DNA of 63,557 nt, the filler included, from Choristocarpus tenellus KU-1152 (taxonomy: Eukaryota; Protista; Phaeophyceae): NCBI GenBank assembly GCA_964200185.2. It is 12 parts of 12 records of this genome, joined end to end, with 100 filler letters (N's around TTAATTAATTAA, not from the genome) between each part and the next. Parts side by side here need not be neighbours in the genome. Positions count along the whole stretch, not along the records: positions 1 to 6,161 come from CAXNAD020008797.1; positions 6,262 to 9,614 come from CAXNAD020020598.1; positions 9,715 to 14,096 come from CAXNAD020014809.1; 9 more parts are not named here. One strand, written 5' to 3'. Position numbers and translations under genes: made by a program. The number at the start of each line of letters is the position of its first letter. Position 1 is the first letter of the stretch. The notes under the pieces were generated by a model. It was not told the origin of the DNA. It saw nothing but the letters and a program-made list of their open reading frames with translations, and did no database searches. Shown piece by piece: positions 1-13,342 of this stretch.

Positions 1-935
1 CAGAAGACCTCTGTCCCTGTAGGGAGCTGTTCCAGCATCTGCTAGTGCCCCTGAGTGAAACACCAGATCGATGCAAAGATTCCAGTCCACAGTGAAAGGG
101 CTACCGTCCTCCGTAGTGCAAGCGATGCCCTTCCCCTTGCATAGTTGGTGCAGGGGTTTCACTATTGGCGTGTGCTGTTGTACCTGTTCCCCTGCCCTGG
201 GGCAGGTGCGGGTATGTCTGGTATCGACATTTTGCCTCCTGCACCCTGCCACTGGGCACCTCTTTGATAGGACCTCCTCTCTCCCTAGGGATCTGCTGAC
301 TGTGAGCTTGAATTCCAGAGGGAGGATCTGGCATGCTGGTTCCAGCGGTTGCGTCGAGGCCCAGGCGTCTGCTCCTTGTCCACACTAGCTCTGGTGGCGC
401 GCTAGGGCTAATGAAGAGCTTTCCCTCCCTTGGTGTGCCTCGTTTGGAAGGTCAGCTAGCTGTGTCCTGAAGGAGTCGAAACGAATCCTGTTGAGGAGGA
501 GTGTGATCTCGTGCTGAGCCCTCCTTGTGATCCTGGCGTCATGAGCTTCCAGGATGTTGACCTCTGGGGAAGGTGCAGGTGGTGCTGTTCCCCCCCAAGT
601 TACCCAGTCTTGGCCAATAATTTCAGCAAGGTCTTCAGAGGGGACACCTGTAGAAAGAAGAGTGTGTATAGACGCTCCTAAGGCCTGTATTGTGGGGCTT
701 GTACGTACGGCCTGTGAGAAGGACTCTCGCCGTGAGGCCCTTGCTGCCTTGCTAGGAGGGTGGGGAGGGTAGCCACCAGTGATCCTACAAAAGCTGCATG
801 CTGGCGGTGTTTCATGGAGGAGAGGCCTAGAATCCCCGCACTTGTAGGCATCTATGCCGGTACTTGTTGGTGGGTCTCTAGGCGGAGAGACCTATTGTTG
901 CACCCTCCCTCAAAGAAGTCTGTCACCTCTACCTT
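1..935 (-). mobile_element. CRE/R2-type (RLE) non-LTR retrotransposon fragment, copy 1 (post-RT thumb, zinc knuckle, start of endonuclease)
   Basis: Minus-strand translation gives GILGLSSMKHRQHAAFVGS and IDLVFHSGALAD..DRGLL; colinear with 1020-2810; frameshifted. Confidence 0.7.
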
Positions 936-939
936 GATT

Positions 940-2810
940 ATACTAAACTAAAGATCAACGTACATATAAGCTATGTTGTTTACTTGGATCAGCACAGATA
1001 ACATAAGGATAACACTAGGTTATTCGACAGATGGGAGGCTGCTTCACTTCTGCAAATATAGCATCTAGGAGGAGGCCTTTGTCCCTGTAGGGAGCTGATC
1101 TGGTGTCCGCAGGTTCCCCAGCGTGGAAAACCACATCCCATACCAAAATTCTTGTCCACCGCGAATGGGCTACCGCGGTTATGGTGCATGGGATGCCCAT
1201 TCCTTTGCAGAGTTGACCTAGATACTTCACCAATTGGTTTGTGTTGGCAGACCTGTCCCCCTGCGCTAGGGCAGGTATGAGCATGTCTAGTGTGTCCGCA
1301 AGTTCCCCAGCATGGAAAACCACATTCCATACCGAAATTCCTGTCCACTCCGAATGGGCTACCGCATTTATAGTGCATGGGATGCCCATTCCTTGGCAGA
1401 GTTGACCTAGATGCTTCACCAATTGGTTTGTGTTGGCAGACCTGTCCCCCTGCGCTAGGGCAGGTTTGAGCATGTCTAGTGTCCTCATTATGCCTCCTGT
1501 ACCCAGCAACTGGGAATCTGTTGGATAGGGCCTCCTCCCTCCCTAGGGATCTGCTGGCAGTGAGTCTAAGCTCTATGGGAGAGATCTGGTGTGCTGGTTC
1601 CAGGGGTTGTGTGGAGGCCCACATGCATTCCCCCCTTGTCCACACTGGCTCCGGTGGCGGACCAGGGTAGCAAAGAACCTTCCCTCCCTTGTTCTGCATC
1701 GTCTGGTACGTTGGCTAATTGCGCCCGGAAAGAGTTGAACCGGATCCTGTTAAGGAGGAAGGTTATCTTAGGTTATGCCCTCCTTGTGATCCTGGCATCA
1801 TGGGCTGTCAGAGTGTGGACCTCTGGGGCAGGTGTAGGGGTGGTTGTCCCCCCCCAGGCTGACCCAGCCTTGACCAATAATTCCTGCCAAGTCTTCTGAA
1901 GGGACTCCTGTCGAGAGGAGGGTGTGGATGGATGATTGCAGGACCCTATCTGTGGGGCTCATACAGATGGCTTGTGAGAAAGACTCTTAACGAGGCCCTT
2001 GTTGCCTTGCTAGGAGGGTAGCAGGGTGGCCACCACAGATCCTACAAAGGAGCGAAAGTATCTTAGAGGGTAGGGCCGGGTCCATTTGGGGTTCAAATCC
2101 CAATGTTGCGATTTTGATGTAATTTTGGCTCTCGTGCTTGTTAGGAAGTGTCAATATCCTTGTTCTGGACACACCTTTTCATAACGTATACGTTTATACA
2201 TACTCCGAAACATTTTGGAGTAGGAAATATCATTAAAAAAACATAGGAAGCCAAGCCCCAAATGGACAAACAGGCCAAAACTCGTCCTCTAAGATATTTT
2301 CACTCAAGGTTACATGCCTGCGATGCTTCATAGGGCATAGGCCTAACCCCCCCCAACTTGTGGGTGTCTGTGTCTGTACTTGTTTGTACACTTCCAGGTG
2401 AAGAGACCTATTTTCACACCCCTCTTCAAAGAAGTCAGTGGCTCCCGCTGAGTCTGCTGTCTCCATTATCTTCTCCAGCGTCCACAGTGAGGTGTTGTCT
2501 ACTTGTTCCATGGTGGGATATGCCAGGTGGGGGGGAGTGACCCTTAACAATTTGCCAAAGCGGGAAGAGAGGGACCAGGAGTTGAAGAGCCAGGCAACTT
2601 GTTTGTCGTCCATGTCAGTCAGGTGCATGGCCAGCACTCGTGACCCTGAGCACTCGATCACCTCAGCCATATGGGCTTGAGTGAATTCATATGTTCCCAC
2701 TGGAGCCCCTAGTGTAACAAAACCATGTGGATCCGAGACCAGGTTGATTCGTGCTGTGGTCAGACGTACTAGTTCTGAGGGCGTGGCTGGTGGCCCTGGG
2801 GAGGTGCAGC
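940..2810 (-). mobile_element. CRE/RLE non-LTR retrotransposon fragment, copy 2, with internal ~180-bp duplication, MITE insertion and 3' UTR (940-1026)
   Basis: TPTSWGGLGL (GGLG thumb motif), HAQTCPSAGGQVCQH (CCHC-like) and GLLLD (RLE); 1100-1285 duplicated at 1290-1475; 940-1026 recurs inverted at 55320-55412. Confidence 0.7.
2050..2305. mobile_element. MITE family A (~260 bp, TIR GAGTSAAAGTATCTTAGAGGGTA), TSD AAG
   Basis: TIRs visible; AAG on both sides; empty site present in paralogous copy at ~783-800. Confidence 0.92.
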
Positions 2811-4599
2811 AAAAGTCTTGTCCATGTTGAGGGCGATGCCTACATCGTGTAGATCAGTATATTCAGCTGCTCAAAAGCAGTTGTTGTGGTACAGTTAATC
2901 TCCTTTGCAGAAATAGATGTGTCATAAAAATATGGTGTGATATGGGAAGGTATACCGTGAAATGATAGAAAATATCTTTCACATTTACGGCAACTGTTAC
3001 CTTTTCAGAGGTCGTTCTGATAATGAATTAGCTTTTCCTCGTTTTTTCCCGACATATCTCCAAAATGTCAGAGGGCATAATAATATACTTATATTTTGAT
3101 ATTCCAACGGCATAATAAGGTACATGATTCCACAGTTTTCCATGATGGTTCAGGTTTCTACCACACACATGTGGCAATCCTGTATATATAGAAACTTCCT
3201 CGGAGCCGCCTCTCCTAACATGCTCCCAGACTATCCCCACTTGTTGAACAAAAACCAGACTCAAGGTTTGTAATCTTCCACTGCTTGTTCATAAACATCA
3301 TGTACGATGAAATTGCAAATTTGCTAGAGTGGTAGTGTGAGTGTGTGTTTTGTATGGTGATATGGGAGGTAAGAAGTGATAAACAGACAGTAGGAACTAA
3401 AACGTAAGTGCAGACCATGCTGTCGCTTTGGTTCTTTAGTGTGCAGGTGGTTGAGCCTGAGCATCATTACTATTCCTCTCAACCTTTATGCCCCCCCATA
3501 GAGCCCCTGAGTTGGTCAAGTAGACTCCATCAGGTGAAAAGGTTGCGTTCTGACTGCCAACTTGTGGTATCTGTCCCGTAGAAGAGACAAGTAGTGCAAC
3601 GTGAGGCATCTTTGGGCGCAATATCACCTATCCCGAGTTGTTGAGGTCAACCATTGGAAGAACGATCTTCTTCCAGAAATTGGAGGTTGAAATTCTAAAG
3701 GTTCAACTCTTCCTCTAAGACAAGGTACTCTTCCAGGTCAGGCGCAACCGAGGGTCTTCAATGCCCCCATTGAGAAGGTGGATCTAGTAGTGTAAGGGAT
3801 AGTCCAGTCTACCTTCAATTTAACGCCTCCAACCACACAAGAAGAGGGGGAGCACTGGACCGGATCTGGATGTCAGCCCAGGAGATATCTGTGGCCTCTA
3901 GTCCGAACTCAGCATCACTGCTGTCTCGTCCCTGCACTTCATTCATCAGAGGTCCTTCCTGGCGAGATGGGATCGAGAAACACCTCTATCCAGGGGTGTG
4001 GTGTGATTTGCTTCTTTGCGCTCTCCTCAAAAAATCTTCCAAATTTTACTGAGCCTTGGTTTCATGTTGGTGTGGCTGCCCTCCTTCTTGCTGTCCGACC
4101 CCAGGGGTGCCTGAGTAGCAGGGGAGGGCACAGACCTGGATGGGCCAGTACCTTACACTCTTTTACAAACAGATTCACATGTTTTGGTAATCTGTATACA
4201 AAATCGAATTTTTGTAGAGGTATGAATCGGTGCCCATTACAATCCGCCACGCTAATCATAATAACCATTTAAAAAAAACTGAATATTTAGTTCTTCCATG
4301 TACCATCTGCACGCACATACCTCCTAGGGTGTTGGTTGTATTGTGTGCTGGGGCAGGCGTGTGCACATGCGCGTACTATGAAAACAAAATGTGAAAATTC
4401 TTTCATATTGGTGAAAGGGAATCTAAGGTGCCCTCTATCCCTCTCTCTCTCTTTTACAACCATGATCATCATTCTTCTCACACAAACCACGGGCAGGAGA
4501 AGGAAGATGACAGCTTTATGTCATGTATACTTGTGTTGTTATTGCTACTACCACTGTGGTTCTAGTGTCATGCGTGCTCGAAGCAACTGCAAGGTCGGG

Positions 4600-5450
4600 T
4601 AGGTGGAATATGATGCATTATACACCACATATCATGCTGTACAAGGTGGAGTATTTTACAGTATTTGCTGAAGACATTCATCCCTCCGCTTGCAAAACAA
4701 ATACAATGATATGGTCCTCCAGTCTTGTGAGGTAAGTGAAGCAAGATAGGAGCTTGCCTCCAAAACATTTGCCCCCGGCAGGGTTTATTAACACTCAAGG
4801 GGATATCTTCTCAAGGCTTTACTGCTTGCCGGTCATTGCCAATGACCCAAACATTTTTTTTGCAATTAACCTGCTATATATATTGAACTGATTATAACTG
4901 TAAATCACAAGTCATCTTGGTAACAACTGTACATTTAGGGGGGTCGAGGTTATTGTGACGAGGTTAAGTGTGAAACAAAAATGTGTGGTGTACCTCCGAG
5001 AATTTGTATGAGAAAGGCGTGTTTGGTGTGCGTAGAAATCGTTGGTCTTCGTTGCTTTTCTACTTGCAGTAGACTGGAGTTGTATAGTCTTACTGATACA
5101 GAACGGGTTGACTCCAACTAAAACCATCATGCATTCTTTTTTCTTGCACCCCAAAAGTGATACCTTGCTGCTCCCACACCTTGTAGAGAGGGTAGCACAA
5201 TAATGTTGTCCGGAGTTTTTGAGATCCTTTCTGCTACCACTAAGTTTGAGATAATTGTCATCGTGGACTATGTCAGGAAGGTGTATTGATGCTCGGAGAC
5301 TAACCCGTCACCCACACTTTCCATTCTGATGGTGCTTTCAGTGCTGACAGGGAACACATCCAGATGTCTTGAGCATGATTTCTTCACCCTGGTTATTAAT
5401 TCCGGGTTTGTAATATTCGGATTTCAAATTTGTAGGTCACTGGAGCATGC
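4600..5450 (-). mobile_element. Highly degraded Copia-like pol remnants
   Basis: Weak echoes of integrase (QNGK) and RT (NVFSKY) motifs in broken frames. Confidence 0.3.
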
Positions 5451-5887
5451 AGAAATGAGACATATACTCTCAGGCGGCTTTAGGTAATTTTTTTCCACTT
5501 TGTTTTGATATCAATCAACCTCAGCTGAAGTTGTTTCACTCTGGTTTCTACCAGGGAGAAGTGCACTGACCGGTTCTCCTGCAGGACCCGGAGTATGGAC
5601 AGTCGGACCTAGTGCAGAGGTTCAATGGGGGGAACAACCTATCTGCTTTCATTTTGAAAAAGTCGCAACTCTGGTTTGACCTTCGCTTGAGGCACACCGA
5701 CAACCCGCTTTTAATAAGCGATATCTATTTGTGAATCCGTACGTTCCATCCAGTGTATCACACTGTTGCCTATTTGAATGCACCTGCTCGTCGAAATATC
5801 CTTCCCCAAAGCCACTGCTTGATTGTACAAGGTCAGTCAGTCTCAAGGATGAGCACGTCGTCGTTTGACGTAAAGACATCAGCATAC

Positions 5888-6156
5888 TGTTAAAGTATCC
5901 CCAAAATCATCAAAGAGGATAAAGGTGATAAACCCGGCGAGATTGCTTGTTGTCTGTAGAGTGAATTGATTAAATTTAGGTGGGGCATGCAAGGCCCCAT
6001 AAAATCAGAAATATTTCCTTATACATGAGAAAAATTATCTTTCAACTAATCACTGGTAAAAGGTTCTGATAACTCAACCACTAATTGATCGTTCCGTTAC
6101 TCCATACATATTTTACCGTAACTGTCCAATAGAGTTGGGAAGAGTCTAATCGAACA
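5888..6156. mobile_element. LTR-like repeat (~270 bp, TGTT...AACA); other copies 15645-15889 and 52564-52635 (truncated)
   Basis: Three colinear copies with TG...CA ends; no matching TSD seen. Confidence 0.7.
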
Positions 6157-6161
6157 CCCTC

Positions 6162-6261
6162 NNNNNNNNNNNNNNNNNNNNNNNNNNNNNNNNNNNNNNN
6201 NNNNNTTAATTAATTAANNNNNNNNNNNNNNNNNNNNNNNNNNNNNNNNNNNNNNNNNNNN
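6162..6261. other. Artificial contig linker (N44-TTAATTAATTAA-N44); same linker at 9615-9714, 14097-14196, 20172-20271, 26082-26181, 29429-29528, 38025-38124, 41432-41531, 46765-46864, 52636-52735, 59942-60041
   Basis: Identical 100-nt spacer with stops in all six frames, 11 occurrences. Confidence 0.98.
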
Positions 6262-6312
6262 CAAATGGACACCTTGGTGTAGACCCCCCCCCCCTCCCAG
6301 ATACTTTGGGCC

Positions 6313-6937
6313 TGACGAGGAGGGTGAGAACAAGACAACCTCCGAGCAAGCTCTCTCACCCACCCATCCTATCGCTTGCTCACGATCGATGGGATGCTGG
6401 GAAAAAGGGAGGGGGGGTCAAGTTCAAGTTCGGGCGGGGTAGATGTCTTCTTGTTCAAATGCAAGGTATGAAGTGGATGATGAAGGGGTGTTCTTGGATG
6501 ATTCTGGAGTGGTGTTGAGTGGTCTGGGATGAGTGGAGTGGTAACTTGTGTGGGGTTGAAGGGTGGGGGTGGTGATCGGAAATCAGTGGCGAAGGGGGTT
6601 CGCATTGGTTGCTCATCAGATGAAGGGGGTGACTGGAAATCAGTGACGAAGGGGGTTCGCTCTGGTTGGTCATTAGATATGTGGGGTAGCTAGGAAACCA
6701 GTGACGAAGGGGGTTCGCCCTGGTTGGTCATCAGAGGTGGGCGTTGGCAGGAGATCAGTGGTGAAAGGGGTTTGCATTGGTTGGCCATCATAGAGGAGGG
6801 GGAGGACGGGAAAACAGTGGCAAAGAGGTCGCACTGGGTGGTCATAAAAGTCGGGGTACAGTTGGGAGAGAAAGGGGAATGGGTGAATTGCAAACAGAGA
6901 ATAAAATAATAATAATCCAGAATTCGTGAGCAGAACA
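6313..6937 (-). repeat. Gypsy-associated LTR-like repeat containing ~57-bp minisatellite x5; homologues at 16752-17300 (+), 48492-48620 and 63290-63360
   Basis: Direct sequence match; lies 3' of Gypsy integrase in two contigs; starts TGTT. Confidence 0.65.
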
Positions 6938-6960
6938 AAATATTGCAATGGTACTCCTTT

Positions 6961-7100
6961 ACTGTCGGTGTACCTATATAAGAGAGGTCGATATTAGAGA
7001 AAACGGGATATAAGATAGGGTAAATTGCCTTGTCATGGCTTTTTAGGGTATAATAAGAGAGGTTTCAGCTTTCCCCTCCCAATTATCTCTTGCATCGAGC
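6961..7100 (+). mobile_element. pogo/Tigger-like terminal sequence; second copy 32979-33100 (TA|CAGTGG...)
   Basis: Shared ...GATATAAGAGAGGTCGATATAAGAGAAAAC... with repeated subterminal motif; TA-CAGT end. Confidence 0.6.
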
Positions 7101-8210
7101 AAACTTGAATTTTTTTTCACTACTTGACCGAGGGGTTTCCCAGATAATCATGTCTAAATTTAAGCAAAATATGACAAAGGCACAAAGGTGCTCGATATTA
7201 AAACATGGGCTACTCATTTGTTTGTTCCTCTATACGATACAGTTCCCAGACAACACTGACTGTTGATTGGTCTGTTACGATGGACGTTACTGTCACTAGT
7301 TCATCATCACCGCATCAATTACCATTTAGAACACCATAGTACAGAACAGTCGCTCTGCGTTCCACATGCAGGAATAGTATACGTCACTTGAGTTGCATCA
7401 CATATTGGTTCAAGTTTGTTCTCTTGTTCTCTTGTTTGTTTTTCTTTCACTCTTTCTTCTTCTTATCAGCAGAAGAAGATGAGAGTTGTACGTTGATTGT
7501 CGATTATTATTTCTTTCGTGGCTGTCATTGATCCCTCACAATGCACCAAGCTCACTCTGCAATAAGTGTACCAGCTACACACCTGGATGTAATATAATCA
7601 GAGTTAAAACCATCTGCGGAAACCCTTGCCAGCCAAGGTAACAAGCCTCTCCACAGAGCATGGACTTCTTTCTTCGAGTATCATATGAAAGAACACTGAA
7701 TTCACATCACATCATTCAGGATGGAGCAACCAAGAATACTGAATCCACATCGCATCATTATTGACTGAGAGATCAATTACCTCACAGTTACAACAGAATA
7801 AATGCATTGGTGCTTTGCAGCACAATCACATCTATCCATAACATAGACTATGCATATTACTCATCAGTGCTTTGCAACATAATGATTCCTCATCGCTCGT
7901 AGTCGACGCATTTTGCTTACATGCACGATGCATTCGATTCAGGGTTTCAACACTCGACACCAGCAGTACACAACATAACAGTATTTTTTCTCTCAGTACT
8001 GTACAGTAGAGTGTATATACAGTATATCAGATCAAGGTTTAGACCACCGCATTGTACAGATACAACGATGACCTGCACAGCGGGATCCAGCTGCAACATG
8101 CAGGGTAGTACTCCTGGTCCACCACACTATACATGCCATAATAAGTGCCGCGTTGTAGCGACTATGTTCATGGCATTTGCGGTGTTGCGAATCCTTTTGG
8201 TGCCAGCCAA

Positions 8211-9543
8211 ATGAAACGCGCGTGCAAGTTGTTCGTGGGCCCCACCAAGCGCAAGGCTTCGAGTCCTCCAGCTGGAGACAACACGGCGTCGGAGTGCCAT
8301 AATAACAAGAACAAGGGGAAAGGGAAGGTTCTACCAAATATATCTATGGAGAAAGCCGCGTCCTACAAGCCTCGCAGTGCCGACAATCATAAACGCTTGA
8401 GCTTTGCAGAGAAGGTGGAAGCATTGAAACTCCTGAAGACCATGACGGGAACTGCGGTTGCTCAGAAGTTTGGAATCGGTCACAGCACCCTATACAAGTT
8501 GAAGGAGACAAGAGCCATCATGGAGAAAGCACAGACGCTAAAGCCTGACACCAAGTCTACAAGGGGCGCCAAATATACCGAGGTTTGTCAGCGTGTGGAT
8601 TGAAATTCTGAAAGTAGATTGATTGTGATCGTGATTGAATTGTCTTTATGCACTGTCTGCGGATGAGGGTCATTAATTATTTTTTTGAACTTTTGCGCAA
8701 TTTCTGTCACACTTTAATGTCTGTACTATGTACTGCAGTATCACAGGTGGTCATTTTTTTTCATAGAGGAAACATCCCACACAAGATGTCCCTATATATC
8801 AATGAGGATCGAGTCGAAGTATCTTAGAGGGTAGAGCCGCGTCCATTTGGCGGCCGAATTGAAATATTGCATTTTTGCTGTAATTCTTGCGATCATTTTT
8901 GTTTGGAGATGTCAATGTCCTTTTTCCGGGCACTCCTTTCCATAACATACACATTGTAATACCTACTCATAAATATTTTGAAGTAAGTACAATGTCCTTG
9001 AAAACCCGTGGGCAGCCAAGCCCCAAACGGACAACCAGGGAAAAACTCGTACCCTCTAAGATACTTAGGCAAGATCTCTCTAATGCTCTTGACGCTCTGC
9101 ACCTCAATCCTGGAGGAAAGCTGTCTTAGGCTTCCATCAATGCAGCAAGAGCGTGGATCGGTGTGAAAGACAACGATGAAGTGGCCAATGCGACACTAGA
9201 TGGCATGAAAGACCAGATCCTCGAGAAATTCTTGTACCAGTTAGACAATGAAAACTTGGGTGATGAGGATGACGATGGGTTTATGAGAGGGGGCAGCAAA
9301 TCGGGGGCCGTGAGGAAAGGAGCAGCGCCTTCAGTGTTCTCAATTCCTCCACCCTTGTACTCTCAAGTAGCTGACGGGTTTGCAAGCTTAGAAACAACCG
9401 TCAAAGAGTGCAGCATGTACGATGTTTTGTACCCCTCTCCGGAAAGCAAACCTGGCTTGACTCAGCGCAATGGGGGCAAGGGCAATCAAACAAGCGGACA
9501 TTCGATTTTTTTTGGCAGTCGCGATTTTTTTATCAGCGAATAA
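8211..9543 (+). pseudogene. pogo/Tigger (CENP-B-like) transposase relic: N-terminal HTH plus C-terminal tail, DDE core absent, MITE-disrupted
   Basis: KRLSFAEKVEALKLLKTMTGTAVAQKFGIGHSTLYKLK is a psq/CENP-B HTH; acidic stretch and terminal KQADIRFF. Confidence 0.7.
8811..9073. mobile_element. MITE family A copy inside pogo relic, probable TSD ATC
   Basis: Colinear with 2050-2305; right terminus diverged. Confidence 0.88.
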
Positions 9544-10485
9544 GTTGTTTTACTCAGTGCGTGCGATGGGAGGTGCATGAGGGTGGAGCTACAGGGTGAA
9601 AGTATCTGGGGGGGNNNNNNNNNNNNNNNNNNNNNNNNNNNNNNNNNNNNNNNNNNNNTTAATTAATTAANNNNNNNNNNNNNNNNNNNNNNNNNNNNNN
9701 NNNNNNNNNNNNNNTCCATTTGGACCAAAATCATAAAAAGTGTATTTACATTATCCATCCGATGTATGGAACCAAATCAACCAAAAAATCGCAACATGAA
9801 AAAATTGACCCCAAATGGACAGCCACCCTCCCCCCCAGATACTTTGAGCCACAATTATTACTCTGTACCATCAAAATATGTTGCAAGGGAAGTAATTATA
9901 TCTCTGGGCAGTAAAGTGGTAAAAATATATTCTCTATTCCATACGACAAACCATATCTGATCAAGGACTACAATTCAATGACAGAAGAACTCATTGCAAC
10001 TCACCCAAGACCAAAGGAATCTGGGATTATTACTACAAATATCAATCACTACAATAAATAGAAGAGACTACATCCTGGAAACAAAGAGCATTATGACAAA
10101 TGAAAGAAATCCATGTTGTACCTGAACCAATACTGAAGTACATGTTGCAACCGTTTCGATCATATATTTCAACAGACACACTAAAAAATGCACCTCCTCT
10201 ATGTGGAGGAATTATGTATCACCGTATTGAGCCTTGGAGCTCTAGGTTACTTACCTGCATATAGTAATCTGAAAACGGATGAGATTGAACAATAGTCACA
10301 CACTTTTATGGACACTGAGCGCCCAGAAGAAATCACACTAAAAAAACACTTGAAAAAAAATCGGCATCACAAAACGATCAGACTGGCATGAACTTGGATC
10401 TGGATTCTTGACTAACAATACATACCACAGTAAGGAACCCTACACAAATCTTTAAAAAGTCCAGTCCAGAGTAGGGTATCATTAC

Positions 10486-12484
10486 CTCCTCATCAGGATG
10501 TACAAAGCCATGCCTCAGCGCAAAGTCGATCATGACCAGTGCACAGTTTGGCTTCCACAAACGGAGGTTGGTCTTGATGCTCTCCAACGCCTCTTCTACA
10601 GAAACATACAAGAACTCATCCACCTATTGAGAGACCAGGGAGGGTGTGGTAGGACCATCGGGTAAAGGCGATACCATGCAGGATTATTAGAGTACCTGCA
10701 CTCTATGGTTTCAGAAGTTTCATAGGGCAATCCATCGCCTCAACTACTATGAAGAGAGGATTACCAAGGATCAATGCGTTGCTATAGCACCATGTGGTCT
10801 TGGAAATTTCATTGCTTTAGTTGTGAACAAACTCATTATCAACAAGCCTATTACTGATTTCAACAACAACTTCTCATGTGCCTTCAAACACAAAACGCCT
10901 AGGTATCGACTGCGCCCCACTCCAACACCAAGCAAGGTCTGACATTGACCAACCTCTCCATCTCCATTGTAGGGGATGAAGTCTGCTGGGAGCTCCAGGT
11001 CAAACACACAAAGGAACTTGGTGCTGAGACCCTTTCTGGTGCTGTAGCGGTAGGACACCTTTAAGTTAGGGTTAGGGACAGGAGGGAGTCAAAACTACAG
11101 CACCAATTCGGGGCAAAGGCTAAATCATTGTCAGTGGGTGCTAGGTATGTGGGGGGGGGGAGAGGGGGGCATGAGGTAATGCACAGAAGAGGTCTTGGGT
11201 ATACATATCTTACAAAATGGTAGAGTCATGTGTAGTACTACAACACGGAGCAAACAGCAAGAGCATTGAAAAGATGCTTACAAACTGTGTGTGCCAAATG
11301 CAGCCATGTGTCAATCACTCACTTGTCCCACTGGCTTGATGGCCTGCACCAGGCTTGCTGGGAGGCTGGCCTCCTCTTCACACTCCTTGCGCACATTGTC
11401 CAAGAAACTGCACCACATTATGATACATACACCGGAAAAAACATCAGTCCAGCGCTACATACATACAAAGTTTGGTGGAAAAATCGTCCAGAAAAGGTTA
11501 ACCTGTTGCCTGCTAGACGCAACTGTCAACCTGAAGGTGAGACGTGGTGTATGAAGAGTGCAACCAAAATGTGGATTTAACTCAACTTCAGGGGTCATCA
11601 TCTATATGCCACAGATACAGCGCATTTAAAAACAGCACGTTGCTATTCTTGTCGAGAACAAGCAATGACACTACATCCGACAGCAACCTACCCATGGGAA
11701 CAAGATCAAAATGGAGCTGCTTCAATGTACTTGATGAGATGTCGACAACAGATTTAGACTTTAGTCATTCAGTTTAGTAGTTCAGTAACTGTGGGACGCA
11801 AGACATACCACTATCGAAATTCGACTAGAAAATGGACTAGAAACGATACTTTCATTTGGTAATAGCGTTGCTGATGGAGTCGATCCTTATTCTGTACTCT
11901 CCACAATAGGAACAGGTGCAATTCTGAAGTCAAAACTGAGCTTGAAACATGGTTCAGTAACAAGAAAAGAAGGTATTGAAACAACCTATGTAGTCAATAG
12001 TTCATACCCTGAGGCTGACTCAACACACCAAAAATCGCAAAAAACATCCCATGATGAGGTCAACTTTTCACAAGGGAAATCGCCATCAACCCCCGACCAA
12101 CATAATATATCATCATGAGAACATCATGAGAACATCATGAGAACATCATGAGAACATGACATGAATACTGTGGTCGAAAAGCACCTATCCTCACTCAACA
12201 AGTCAAGATGACATTGATTGACACTCCTCGAATCAGCAGACCTGTTCCTCTAATCACAACACGCACGATATAAAAAATAAAAAGAAGAGAACTCAAATTC
12301 AACGGCAATCCTACTGCACAACCAAAGTCACAACCTTGATCAAACCACAAACCCTATAACCCACACCCAAACCCCAAACCTGACCTCATCCCAGTTGGCT
12401 GGCCCCCAGCAACCATCTGGTCCAACAAGCCAGGGTAGGTTGCCTTGCTGATACTACGCCTCCCAATCCAAAGAAACATCCGAC
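10486..12484 (-). CDS. Nudix hydrolase (plant NUDT20/24-like), partial; exons 12385-12484, 11323-11407, 10954-11058, 10486-10623
   Basis: GT-AG exons splice in frame: [90 protein letters not shown]. Confidence 0.92.
12113..12160. repeat. 11-bp tandem repeat (CATCATGAGAA)x~4, intronic
   Basis: Directly visible. Confidence 0.9.
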
Positions 12485-13342
12485 CTCGAGTTAGGAAGGA
12501 GGGGGCATTCAAGAATAAAGACCAAGAGGAGATGACAGAGTTTCAGGCGAAAAAAAAATCAGCCTTTTGTGTGTAGCACTATAGAGTTTTATTAAAAACA
12601 ACAAGAGAGTTATATATTTCATTAGGGTTAGGAATAGTACTCATATCGCTATAATATACGTATCACTCTGTAAGAAAAATGCATAGATGGAGGTTTTGGA
12701 AGAGTGTGTCTTTTCTACTAACCCTAACCCTTTTCTACTCTCTTAGTGCTGGTTACTAATCGATCTTCATGTCAACAGATGGCATAACCAGGCCAAAGAT
12801 ATGATGGATACACAGCGTACTGACACGAAATATCAAGGCCACAAAAAGACTCCTCAACCAATTTAACACAATGAAATGCAAAATTGTCGGTTACATTTCA
12901 GTTACATGAAAAAGACATTCATCTCAGAGGTAAAACACTCTCTCGGTATTGTCAGAGGAGCCTAAGAGTCCTTGTATCAGGAGGGCCATTTTTTGTGTAG
13001 CATCAGTAACACGATAGTCTGAAGTACATACCTCATGAAAGATATTGAGCATGATCTACTCCACTACACTTACACACAACTACTCTAATAGGGTGAGAGT
13101 GGCATGGTACCAGGTAAACAGAAGATGTCAAATGTGTTACATGAAACATGTTAAAAGAGAGAGTGGTAGCAATGCAACTTAGTTCATCACCTGCCCTTTT
13201 CCCCTAGCATTGTCTCGTGTACGTTAGATCACACACAACTATTACCTACAACCTACTCATGCACGCCGTCCAGATCTCTAGAAAAAAAGCAAGTACAAAC
13301 AAGAAAGTACTTGAATGTAACGTAGGTTACGAAGTCCTCACT

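Noticed and set aside
6162-6261. Recurrent TTAATTAATTAA palindrome
   Set aside because: Always centred in N runs of fixed length; an assembly linker, not biology. ORFs running into it are artefacts.
10255-10268. 14-nt micro-exon completing the Nudix gene
   Set aside because: Good AG/GT context, but its phase does not fit the preceding phase-0 exon to give the expected DY.. residues; left unannotated.
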